A stretch of 64,000 nt of DNA from Octopus vulgaris (Eukaryota). Shown here in pieces: positions 53,373-64,000 of the stretch. The first letter of the stretch is position 1, and each line of letters starts with the position of its first letter. Location of the stretch: assembly GCA_951406725.2 (NCBI GenBank), contig OX597819.1, forward strand, positions 13,144,001-13,208,000, read 5' to 3'. The position numbers and the translations under genes are program-made. Under the pieces are notes generated by a model that did no database searches, was not told where the DNA came from, and saw nothing but the letters and a program-made list of their open reading frames with translations.

Positions 53373-53978
53373 CCCTTTCGTTACTGTCTTTATTTTGAGG
53401 TGCTCTGTGTTTCTTTCAATTACTTTAAATATAACTACTGGCACTTGTGCCGGTGTGCAGGTGGCACGTAAAAAGAAACGCGATTTTTTCGTGGCCGTTG
53501 CCAGTACCGCCTGGTGGGCCCTCGTGCCGGTGACAAGTAAAAGCACCCACTACACTATCTGTGTTAGGAAGGGCATCCAGCTGTAGAAAGTCTACCAGAT
53601 CAAGATTGAAGCCTGGTGCAGCCATCTGGTTTGCTAGTCCTTAGTCAAATCGTCCAACCCATGCTAGCATGGAAAGCGGACGTTAAACGATGATGATGAT
53701 GATGAATTTAGTAAAATAACTTAATAATCATTCAGTTATCATCATCATCGTTTAGCGTCCGTTTTCCATGCTAGCATGGGTTGGATGGTTCAACTGGGGT
53801 CTGTGAAGCTGGAAGGCTTCATCAGGCCTAGTCAGATCTGGCAGTGTTTCTACGGCTGGATGCCCTTCCTAACGCCAGTTAGTGTTAGGAATATAAATTG
53901 TGACTATCAAAACTTATGACAACAAAACATTTGTTCTCAGAGCCAGAGCTGGTTTCAGCCGGGTTGGTAACGAAAGGG
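53373..53978 (-). mobile_element. Family H MITE carrying two nested, oppositely oriented family C inserts
   Basis: TTAA|CCCTTTCGTTAC ... GTAACGAAAGGG|TTAA, with inserts at 53438-53704 (+) and 53738-53878 (-). Confidence 0.8.
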
Positions 53979-54473
53979 TTAAGGCAACCAGTTAGCAGAA
54001 TTGTTAGTATGCCAGGTAAAATGCTTAGCAGTATTTTGTCTGTCGTTACATTCAGATTACAAATTCTACCATAGTCAACTTTACTTTACATGTTTAATAA
54101 AATAAGTACCAGTTAAACACTGGGGGTTAGTGTAATTGAGTTTCCCTTTTCCCTGAAAATGTTGGCCTTGAGTCAAAATTGGAAACCCTTATTTTTTTTG
54201 GTTCATTCTCACTTTTGGTGCTGCTGTTGTTGATGCTAAAATGGTAGAGTTATGGACCAAATGCCTTACAACAACTATTTCCATCTTCTCATTTTTTTTA
54301 AAAATCAGTTTGTACGTGGTTCAGTTTTTGCTTCCTTGCTTCTGGAGTCACAAGACCTCAGCGGAATTTGAACTCAGAACGTAGTGGCAGACGAAATATT
54401 GCTCAGCATTTCACCTGGCATGCTAACGATTCTGCCAGATCACCACCGTAATAATAATAATAATAATAATAAT

Positions 54474-54747
54474 AAACATGGGTGGTTCTTTCAACATCCT
54501 TAAACGACCCTTATTCAGGGACCATTTGAGCAGGATGGGCTACTCAGCCTGAAGAAAATTCTAACTGGGCCCCACCTGCAAGGTCATGCGCTGTTTATCT
54601 TGATATGAGATCACCATGTCGCGCACATATGGTTGTGATGCATGTGCCTGGTGTACCCTTATCAGGCGGGTAGTCATGATGGGTATATTGGGCTTCGTAT
54701 ATTGTACCCCAGTGTCACTTTGATGGCATGAACTGCTCTCTCACTCA
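54474..54747 (+). mobile_element. Retroelement family D, 5'-truncated, (AAT)n on both sides
   Basis: Matches 1-185 and 33959-34399. Confidence 0.8.
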
Positions 54748-54897
54748 ATAATAACAATAATAATAATAATAATATATAATAACAACAATGATGTGAATAA
54801 TAACTTATCTCAGATTTTTACACATTTACTATTTATTAGTTTTGTTTTGAGGTTTAATGACTGTTATTTTATTTTTATTTTCTTTCTCTAATTTCAG

Positions 54898-55871
54898 GTT
54901 CTTCCGTTGATTTGACACGGGCTTTGTTGTCCATCTACGACAAGTTTTTAAATGTCAATGAAGACGATGTACAACAGCAAACAGAAACCTGTTGCACTGA
55001 CAAAGGCGACCCAGAATCTATTTGCCCAGAACCTGCAATGTACCAAAGTGACCAACAGACCAATCCATCATTACTTTCTTCTTCATCATCATCTTCGCCG
55101 CCGCCGCCGCCGCCAACGTCTTCTCTTGCTGCTGCAGCTGCTGTTGACGAGCAGCAGAATGACAAACCTGATTTCGACCAAACAGATGCAGCAGCTTCTC
55201 ACACGACCAACCTGTGCGCCGGTGCCACACTTGACAATGCTGCCTTGGACAGTCGGAAAAGGCCTTTAAGCATCAGCTCAATGTCATCAGCTTCATCATC
55301 ATCTCTCCCACGACACAGTCGATACAAACGCTTAAACATGACCGACACAGAAATTGTCGTCAATGGAAACAACCAGAATATTGTTTCCGGTCCCACGATT
55401 GTTGTGGATAACACTGACATGGAGTCGGTGGTTAGTTCCGAGGACTTTATAGACACTGTTTCAGTTACTTCATCTTTCGATGGGGCAGTAAGAGGATTTG
55501 AGGAAGATCGGACGTCAGCTTCTGACCAATCAGCAAGTTGTCAGAAGTTGACCATTGACCAGCATGAAGGTATTGAAGAGGAAGAGGATTCTATGACCTC
55601 GAGTAGTTATTCATCCCCGAGTCATGCACAAGATGACAACAGGTTGAAGTATCGGTCAAATGAGAGAGAGAAAAGTTGTTCTCCAGTGCCTACACTCCAT
55701 GAACTGACAGACAATGAATGTAAACAATCTCTTCCTGATGAGGATGGGGAAGAGGTAACAGATATCCATTCCACTTCTCTGTCTCATTATGTTTCTTACA
55801 CTGAAAGAGTGGTTTCCGAAATTGTGGAAACAGAACGGACTTATGTAAAAAGCCTAAAGGAAATCAAAGAG
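54898..55871 (+). CDS. Large coding exon of a Dbl-family RhoGEF, PLEKHG1/2/3-like (disordered N-terminal region plus start of DH domain)
   Basis: 974-nt open exon between a strong acceptor (ttttctttctctaatttcag, AG 54896-97) and donor GAG|GTAAGT (55871/55872). It ends in SYTERVVSEIVETERTYVKSLKEIKE, which matches the DH-domain CR1 helix as I recall it in PLEKHG1/3 (YVDRVVQEILETERTYV). It also has an RPLSISSMSSASSS motif like the PLEKHG1/3 N-terminal RPVS...SSS. It starts in phase 1 and ends in phase 0. No next DH exon was found in the window. Confidence 0.9.
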
Positions 55872-58134
55872 GTAAGTGTCTTAAGAATTCCTTGTATTTT
55901 GCATTAAATCTTTACTACTTTGAGACTTTAGAATATGGTACAAACATTGTCGAACTATATTTTACAGGATCCAAAACTGAAGGGTAACATTCCCAAGTTC
56001 AGGTTTTGATGGCGTCAATTTTACATTTTATCCTTCTGATATTGATTCCATCACCTTGCAGAACTCATTTCAAATTGTCCTAAAGAATGATGCGAGGGTT
56101 GAGTCAAAAAGTAATGCCATTTTGTTTAGGACAAGTATAATTACCAACACAGGAACATGTATCATACATCAAATTGAAGCTGGTCCTCTGTGGATCACAT
56201 CCCTACTTCTCAACATAGTCACCGTTTCTCTCAATAGCAATGTTCTACCTTCGAATGAAAGCATGTATCCCTGCCCTGTAAAATTCTGTTGACTGTTCTT
56301 TGAACCACTTCTTCACTACAGTTTTCACTTCCTCGTCACTGGACTGTTATCGTCACTGGACTATCATCTCTTTGGCTCCATGAAAGAGGGTTTGAAAGGC
56401 AAACATTATTCCAGTGACCAGACTATCTATGAATATTGCTTGCAATCGACTGATATTATATAGAATACAATATGTAATAATAGCACTAACCCTTTTGATA
56501 CCAACCAACCTGCTTGAGATCATTCCAAGTTTAATGATACAAACTTTTTTCTTTAACCTTTTAGCATTCAAACCAGCCATTTCTGGCCAAAATGTTCTTC
56601 CTGTTTTATGTTCAAACTGACCAGTTGCAGCCTTTCACATCTACCCTACAATGTTGGTCTCAGAAATATATAGTCACATAATTAAAATCTCAAGGCTACA
56701 AGATAATGCATGGTTGAAGCTTTACATTTGACAGTATAACCTAAATGTTAAAGAAATAAAGAAATTCTTCATTAATTTCAAAATTAATTGAAACAGAAAT
56801 GTGGTAACAACAGGGTTAAACTGGGGTTAAGGAGCAGGCCCTAAAAGTCATCCATTGCTTTATTTGTGTTTTTACATGTCTTACTTTATAATCTGTGTCT
56901 GTTATTTTCTCACAGAAATAATTAAAGATTATCACCAAAAACAAGTTGCATGCTTTGTCAGTAGAGGGTTACATTCAGAATCCCTTGAGCAAGTGAGGAA
57001 AAGAACTTCTGTGTATTTGCCAAACTCAGCTAAAAACAGCAGTCAATTGACACTGTATCACTGTATCAGTTATAAAATGGGAACCATAGTAGTCATAGAT
57101 AGAACAATGTCAGCCAGTGTTGATAGCCATCTTGTATCTGATTTCATATCTCAAGTCCTTGACCTGTGGCATTTTACTGATTGACCTTACCAGATAGAAC
57201 TGACTAGTTGCCAGTTGGTACCTACACAAAAACAACCACCACCACCACCACTATAGTATCATCATGGTACCAACTTATTCACTAGCTTTGTTCTCTTGTT
57301 GCAAAACACCATATTAATAGCTTCAAAAGATATTTTCATCTGAGACTTAACCAAATAGTTTCTCCTCTATATTTTCGGAATATTATCTTCTCATTTATTT
57401 TTCCCCTAACTAAATATTGGTTTTGATAAAAAGCTGAATATCTCACACTATTTCCCTTACACTTGTCTGGAAGCTGTTTAAAAACAGAATGTAACTAAAA
57501 TCTCTCAATCTTCTCTTCCCGCTAAGAAAGAAAACATCAATTCTCACTTTTAGATTTCACTTCTGATGAAACCTCCCCGCCACCACCACCATCCCAGGCA
57601 TAAACTTGGAGCACCTTACCAACTTCTGGTTACATTCTTTCTTCGTTATTCCAAATTGTTTTCCCCAAGCATCCCCTGGAACACTGCCGTTGTTTATTTT
57701 AGTTACCAATGAACACATGTTCGACAGATGTCAACATTCTGATGCCACACATTCCAAGTCAACTTTTTTTCCTTTACAGAATGTCGTCCTTTCTTTATAT
57801 TCCTTATTGCCAGACTCGAATGTCCTTCCTTCTATTCCTCTTACTGCCACAGCCCACCCTGTCATATAATTTAGATTAGGTTATAGTGTCAACTGCCATT
57901 AGTATTATTACACTTCCCAGGTGTTTCATACTTTTACAGAGAACCTGCCATTGGTATTTTAAGATTCAATAATGATGAAACCAGAGATACTTGTCTAAGG
58001 AATAAATTACAGACTGAGATAAATAACTCCTCTTCCTCATCATCATCATCATCATTTAACATTCATGTTCCATGATGGCATGAGTTGGGCAGTTTCACAG
58101 GGTTCAGTGGATTTGAGGACTATATTGAGCTCCA

Positions 58135-58528
58135 TACTCTTTTACTCTTTTACTTGTTTCAGTCATTTGACTGCGGCCATGCTGGAGCATCACCTTTAAT
58201 CGAGCAACTCGACCCTGGGACTTATTCTTTTGTAAGCCCAGTACTTATTCTATCGGTCTCTTTTGCTGAACTGCTAAGTAACGGGGACATAAACACACCA
58301 GCATCGGTTGTCAAGCAATGCTAGGGGGACACACACAAATACACACACGCATATATATATATACGACAAGCTTCTTTCAGTTTCCGCCTACCAAATCCAC
58401 TCACAAGGCTTTGGTCGGCCCGAGGCTATAGTAGAAGACACTTGCCCAAGGTGCCATGCAGTGGGACTGAACCCAGAACCATGTGGTTGGTAAACAAGCT
58501 ACTTACCACACAGCCACTCCTGCGCCTA
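58135..58528 (-). mobile_element. SINE family A
   Basis: Matches the consensus. ctccatact / cctatg flanks interrupt a family C relic. Confidence 0.9.
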
Positions 58529-59250
58529 TGGTTACTTTGACATGACTTTTATGACTGGATGCCCTTCCTAATGTCAACCACTTTTACAGCTTGTAGTAGG
58601 AGCTTTTTTGTCCCTTAACCACCAAACATAAATACTAGTTGTACACCACAGCTAATTCTGTAGAGTATAATTTAAACCTTTTGTTTTTTAAAATATTTTC
58701 ATAATACCTAAAAAAGAAACCATTTCAGTTGAAATGACAGCAGTATTAGGTGGAGCAACAGATAAACAACCTTGCAATAAATTGTCACTTTCTTCTATGT
58801 TCTGAGTTCAAATTCCGCCAAGGTTGGCCTCTACTCTCATCCTTCAGGGCTGAACAATGCCTTTAATCCTTCAGAGGATCCAAACTTCTAAGCATCAGTT
58901 TTACCTGGACCAGGTAAAATTTTTTGTGGTCAGTAAAATAACATTCAGTGAGAAATCAATATCAGTCATTATTGTTGCTAACCACAGGTCAGCCTTGATT
59001 GAACATGTTTATGAAGGGCATCCCAACTATAACAGTCCATCTCATCTTTTTATATATTTAGGATTGCAGGTTGTGCCCTTCATTTTTTTGTAGACAGTAG
59101 AGTATAATTTGATTTTGCTGCTGTTTCAAGCAAGTCATGCAACCATGGAGAAGTTTATGCATTGGCTAGTAACACTCTCTCATTGGCTAATAGCACTTTC
59201 TCATCGCTTAATACTGCTCCCTCATTGGTTAGTCAATAATACTATGTATC

Positions 59251-59650
59251 TGGCAGTGAGCTGGCAGAAATGTTAGCACGCTGGGCGAAATGCTTAGCGA
59301 TATTTCGTCTGCCGCTACGTTTTGAGTTCAAATTCCGCCGAGGTCGACTTTGCCTTTCATCCTTTCGGGATCAATTAAATAAATGCCAGTTACGCACTGG
59401 GATCAATATAATCGACTTAATCCGTTTGTCTGTCCTTGTTTGTTCTCTCTGTGTTTATCCCCTTGTGGGTAGTAAAGAAATAGGTATATTGTCTGTCTTT
59501 GCGTTCTGAGTTCAAATTCCACCAAGGTCGACTTTGCCTTTCATCATTTTAGGGTCAATAAACTAAGTACCAGTTATGTACTGGGGTCGATCTAATCGAC
59601 TGGAACCCTTCCTCCAAATTTTAGGCCTTGTGCCTAGAGTAGAAAAGAAT
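59251..59650 (+). mobile_element. SINE family B dimer (two tail variants)
   Basis: Junction aaagaaata|ggtatattgtctg at ~59482. Confidence 0.85.
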
Positions 59651-59949
59651 AATACTGTGTATTTGTTTGTCTTTGCAAAAAAAGATGCTACTAAGAAAGA
59701 AATATCTTTGTATTTGTTTTAATATTGTTGTTTTTAATTATTTCTTCAACTGCCTGCAATTAGGGCCCAGCTCCATTAATTACTGCTGAAACAGACACCC
59801 TGTGGTATTTTGTGTGTGTTAAACCGAATTCCTTACTCGGTTTAAAGCTGCCAACAAAATTTTGGTTTTTTTTAAATGGAATCTATTCTATTGCAAAGAT
59901 TTGGACTTGGGCCATATCTCTGGATTGAGAATAACTGGGTGACTTTATA

Positions 59950-60168
59950 CTCTTTTTTTTTTTTTACTTGTTTCAGTCATTTGACTGCGGCTATACTGGA
60001 GCACCGCCTTTAATCGAGCAACTCGACCCCGGGACTTATTCTTTTGTAAGCCCAGTACTTATTCTATCGGTCTCTTTTGCCGAACCGCTAAGTGACGGGG
60101 ACATAAACACACCAGCATCGGTTGTCAAGCAATGCTAGGGGACAAACACAGACACACAAACACACACA

Positions 60169-60208
<40 letters not shown>

Positions 60209-60373
60209 TACGACGGGCTTCTTTCAGTTTCCGTCTACCAAATCCACTCACAAGGCTTTGGTTGGCCCGAGGCTATAGTAGAAGACATTTACCCAAGATG
60301 CCACGCAGTGGGACTGAACCCGGAACCATGTGGTTGGTAGACAAGCTACTTACCACACAGCCACTCCTGCGCC
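59950..60373 (-). mobile_element. SINE family A, full length (partial copy also at 60950-61202)
   Basis: Matches the family A consensus. Confidence 0.9.
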
Positions 60374-61936
60374 TCTTCGTTTCTTTTTATAACAACCCAC
60401 AAGTCTTAGGTACCTTCTTCTCTCTTTTCACCAGTCTCCAAAACTCTGCATAAAGGTTGTGTCTGCCCCTTCAGCTAAGCCATAAAATAATAAAATTTCT
60501 TTGGGATTAATAATATTCTCTTAGTCATTCTCCCTTTATCATCTGTCATAAATATTCAATATTTATTTAGTTTTACAAGTAGAAGAGTGGATAACAGGGT
60601 TGTTTTGTAACATTAGCAATGTTGTAATAATATCTTCTCAGCCTCAACAATTTCTCTGCAATTTTACCTGACTCCATTCTCTCCTGTAACCCTACCCTGT
60701 TTAGCGTTTCAACAAACAAAAAGATGAACAAACCTAATCCAGTAATAATATCAGCCACAGCAACATCAGGTAAACAAATCAGAAGCTACCAGCAATCTCT
60801 TCTCATTTAACTCTTGCTTTACTCCATTAACAGTACACACCTTCATTATTTGGTTGGTACAGCCATCCTCCATTTCTTTACAACTCAGCAGAGACCCCTC
60901 TCTGTTTTTATACTTATTGAATTAATTGGATTCAAAGAAGGGGCTGTGAGGGACATAAACACACCAGCATCAGTTGTCAAGCAAAGTTTGGGGGGACAAA
61001 CACAGACACACAAACATATATATATATATATATATATACGATGGGCTTCTTTCAGTTTCCGTTTACCAAATCCACTCACAAGGCTTTGGTTGGCCCAAGG
61101 CTTTAGTAGTAGACACTTGCCCAAAGTGTCACACAGTGGGACTGAACCCAGAACCATGTGGTTGGTAAGCAAGCTACTTACCACACAGCCACTCCTGCAC
61201 CTACCACAAATGAAATTGAACTCGGAATTTCAAGTTACCAAAATTAATTGTTGAATTAATTATTGAATTAATTGGATTCGAAGAAGGGGCTGTGACTATT
61301 GTTTTCAAAGCTTTCTGGGAGCATTAATCCTTTAGCATTCAGATTACTCTGTCAAATGTAATCCTTATTTATTCACACTGTTTTGAATTAATCCTGCATT
61401 ATCTTGTAGCTTTGAGAGTTTGATAAAGTGATTGCTTATTTTTAGAATGACATTGTAGTGTAGGTGTGAGGGGATGAATCTGGCAAGTTTGAACATAAAA
61501 TGAAGTAGAATATTTGGGCTAGATGTGGCTGGCTTTAATGATAAAGGGTTAAGATTGTTCATTAAGGTCCTTTTGATTAGCTGTAGGCCAAGTTACGGAG
61601 GTGAAGGAATTGAAAAGGACATCCATGTTCTGGAGAGCAAAGGTTGGGCATAATGGCTTGAGTGGGGCTCCCTTCCACTCTAGCCATTCAATATATCACT
61701 CAACACTCATCCATTCATTCATTTGTTTGTGTTTTATGCCAAGTTCTACAGAATTAGCATGTTTCTGAAGCTCCTCCCATATCTATTGTGGAGGCAGAAC
61801 AGAAACAGCCTCTGGTTACCAAATTTAATTTACAAATGTTTGGTTAATTCAAAGGCTGTAGTAGAAGTGACATTGCTGCTAATAAAGAGCAATGAGATTA
61901 AACTCCAAGCATGCAAGTTAATCTTTTAACTCCATA

Positions 61937-62744
61937 GCCATCATCATCAACACCATCATAGACACAGCAAATAAAGGTTCTTACTGTATTTGTGCATTTA
62001 GAGATTTGAAATATCATTTAATTTAAAAGTCAGTGTTTGTTTTGTGATTATTTAGTGTCTAATATGGGCGCAGGAGTGGCTGTGTGGTAAGTAGCTTGTT
62101 TACCAACCATATGGTTCTGGGTTCAGTCCAACTGCGTGGCCATCATCATCAACACCATCATAGACACAGCAAATAAAGGTTCTTACTGTATTTGTGCATT
62201 TAGAGATTTGAAATATCATTTAATTTAAAAGTCAGTGTTTGTTTTGTGATTATTTAGTGTCTAATATGGGCGCAGGAGTGGCTGTGTGGTAAGTAGCTTG
62301 TTTACCAATCATATGGTTCTGGGTTCAGTCCAACTGCGTGGCCATCATCATCAACACCATCATAGACACAGCAAATAAAGGTTCTTACTGTATTTGTGCA
62401 TTTAGAGATTTGAAATATCATCTAATTTAAAAGTCAGTGTTTGTTTTGTGATTATTTAGTGTCTAATATGGGCGCAGGAGTGGCTGTGTGGTAAGTAGCT
62501 TGTTTACCAACCTTATGGTTCCGGGTTCAGTCCAACTGCGTGGCCATCATCATCAACACCATCATAGACACAGCAAATAAAGGTTCTTACTGTATTTGTG
62601 CATTTAGAGATTTGAAATATCATCTAATTTAAAAGTCAGTGTTTGTTTTGTGATTATTTAGTGTCTAATATGGGCACAGGAGTGGCTGTGTGGTAAGTAG
62701 CTTGTTTACCAACCATATGGTTCCGGGTTCAGTCCAACTGCGTG
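61937..62744 (+). repeat. Tandem array, 4 x 202 bp (unique flank plus SINE A tRNA head)
   Basis: gccatcatcatcaacacc starts at 61937, 62139, 62341 and 62543. Units are nearly identical. Confidence 0.95.
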
Positions 62745-62837
62745 GCACCTTGGGTAAGTGTCTTCTACTATAACCTCGGGCCAACCAAAGCCTTGTGAGT
62801 GGATTTGGTAGGCGGAAACTGAAAGAAGCCTGTCGTA

Positions 62838-62885
<48 letters not shown>

Positions 62886-63463
62886 TGTGTGTTTGTGTGT
62901 CTGTTTGTCCCCTTAGCATTGCTTGACAACCGATGCTGGTCTGTTTATGTCCCCGTCACTTAGCGGTTCGGCAAAAGAGACCGATAGAATAAGTACTGGG
63001 CTTACAAAAGAATAAGTCCCAGGGTCGAGTTGCTCGATTAAAGGCGGTGCTCCAGCATGGCCGCAGTCAAATAACTGAAACAAGTAAAAGAGTAAAAGAG
63101 AGTGGCTGTGTGGTAAGTAGCTTGCTTACTAACCACATGGTCACATGGTTCTGGGTTCAGTCCCACTGCGTGGTACTTTGGGCAAGTGTCTTCTACTATA
63201 GGCTTGGGCTGACCAAAGCCTTGTGAGTGGATTTGGTAGACGGAAACTGGAAGAAGCCCATCGTATATATATATGTTTGTTTGTCTGTGTTTGTACCCCC
63301 ACCCTCGCTTGACAACCGATGTTGGTGTGTTTACATCCTCATCACTTAGTGGAGACTGATAGAATAAGTAGAAGGCTTACAAAGAATAAATCCTGGGGTA
63401 AATTTGTTCAACTAAAGGCGATGCTCCAGCATGGACGCAGTCAAATGGCTGAAACAAATAAAA
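62672..63463 (+). mobile_element. Two consecutive SINE family A copies (62672-63101, ~63100-63463)
   Basis: The tail of the first runs directly into the head of the second. Confidence 0.9.
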
Positions 63464-64000
63464 TATATATTTAGTGTTTTAAACAATATATAATAAAGCA
63501 CCTTTGCCAGTGTGACACAAATGATCCACCCATGCCAGTGCCACGTAAAATGTACCTATGTTGGCACCACGTAAGAGCACCTAGTGTTATCCCCATGGCT
63601 ATAGGTTTTGACATTCAGTTTTCCAATTCACAAAGTCCACAACAAGTCTGGGTAATGGCTACTCTATACATATCTTATTCAATAAACAAAAAAATTATAA
63701 TAATTGAGGAAAGTTTGATTAAATTGGGACCTAATGGAGAGTTTCTGGATACCTCGACTTACTTTTTCCCAATAAAAACCCAAAAGAATATCCTATTTTG
63801 GTTCTGTATGGATTAAAAATACATGAAATCTACAAATGAGGCACTGCACCATCTTTTGTGTTAACCCTTTAGTATTCAGATTATTCTACCAAATGTGATG
63901 CTTGTTTATTCATATTGCATTGAATTAATCATGCATTCTCTCATAGCTGTGAGATTTCTGCGATGTGACTCTTTACTTTGGGAATAATATTGTAGGATAG

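Noticed and set aside
54912-55907. ORF-track boundaries taken as a complete 331-aa gene
   Set aside because: The start is a TTG and the end reads through a GTAAGT donor. The true unit is an internal exon at 54898-55871. The overlapping short ORFs are shadows of it.
56855-57184. 109-aa ORF with EIIKDY after an acceptor-like ttctcacag, as the next DH exon
   Set aside because: Joining in the required phase 0 gives AAA TAA (stop), and the peptide does not resemble a DH domain.
57560-57580. Isolated CTGATGA heptamers (also ~4445, ~15978, ~55735)
   Set aside because: No stem II, GAAA or stem I in the required arrangement.
60914-61295. 36-bp direct repeat around a truncated SINE A as a giant TSD
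   Set aside because: The SINE is missing its 3' end and ~60 bp of extra sequence lies inside the repeat. A small duplication or deletion event is more likely.
61937-62744. CRISPR-like regular spacing
   Set aside because: Whole 202-bp units repeat with no unique spacers, there are no cas genes, and the context is eukaryotic.

Overview
AT-rich, repeat-saturated metazoan DNA. The SINE repertoire and microsatellite load suggest an octopus (coleoid cephalopod) genome, which is an inference. The window appears to be mostly intronic sequence of one + strand gene, a PLEKHG1/2/3-like Dbl-family RhoGEF. One large exon (54898-55871) is well supported and ends in the first helix of the DH domain. Two upstream exons (37804-37960 and a 38-nt microexon at 47661-47698) join it in frame. 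The rest is tRNA-derived SINEs of several families, two mariner relics, two non-autonomous Helitrons, TTAA- and hAT-type MITEs, RTE and CR1 LINE fragments, a tRNA-Glu relic and long microsatellites. The most unusual signal is a set of small repeat families carrying minimal type-I hammerhead-ribozyme folds of the Penelope-like kind. They show all three Watson-Crick versions of the core 3-8 pair (C3-G8, G3-C8, U3-A8). One is fused to a tRNA-derived Pol III head, making it a candidate ribozyme-bearing SINE. Every individual copy carries at least one defect, so ribozyme activity is inferred for the family consensus, not for these copies. All coordinates were read by eye, and repeat boundaries may be off by several bases.
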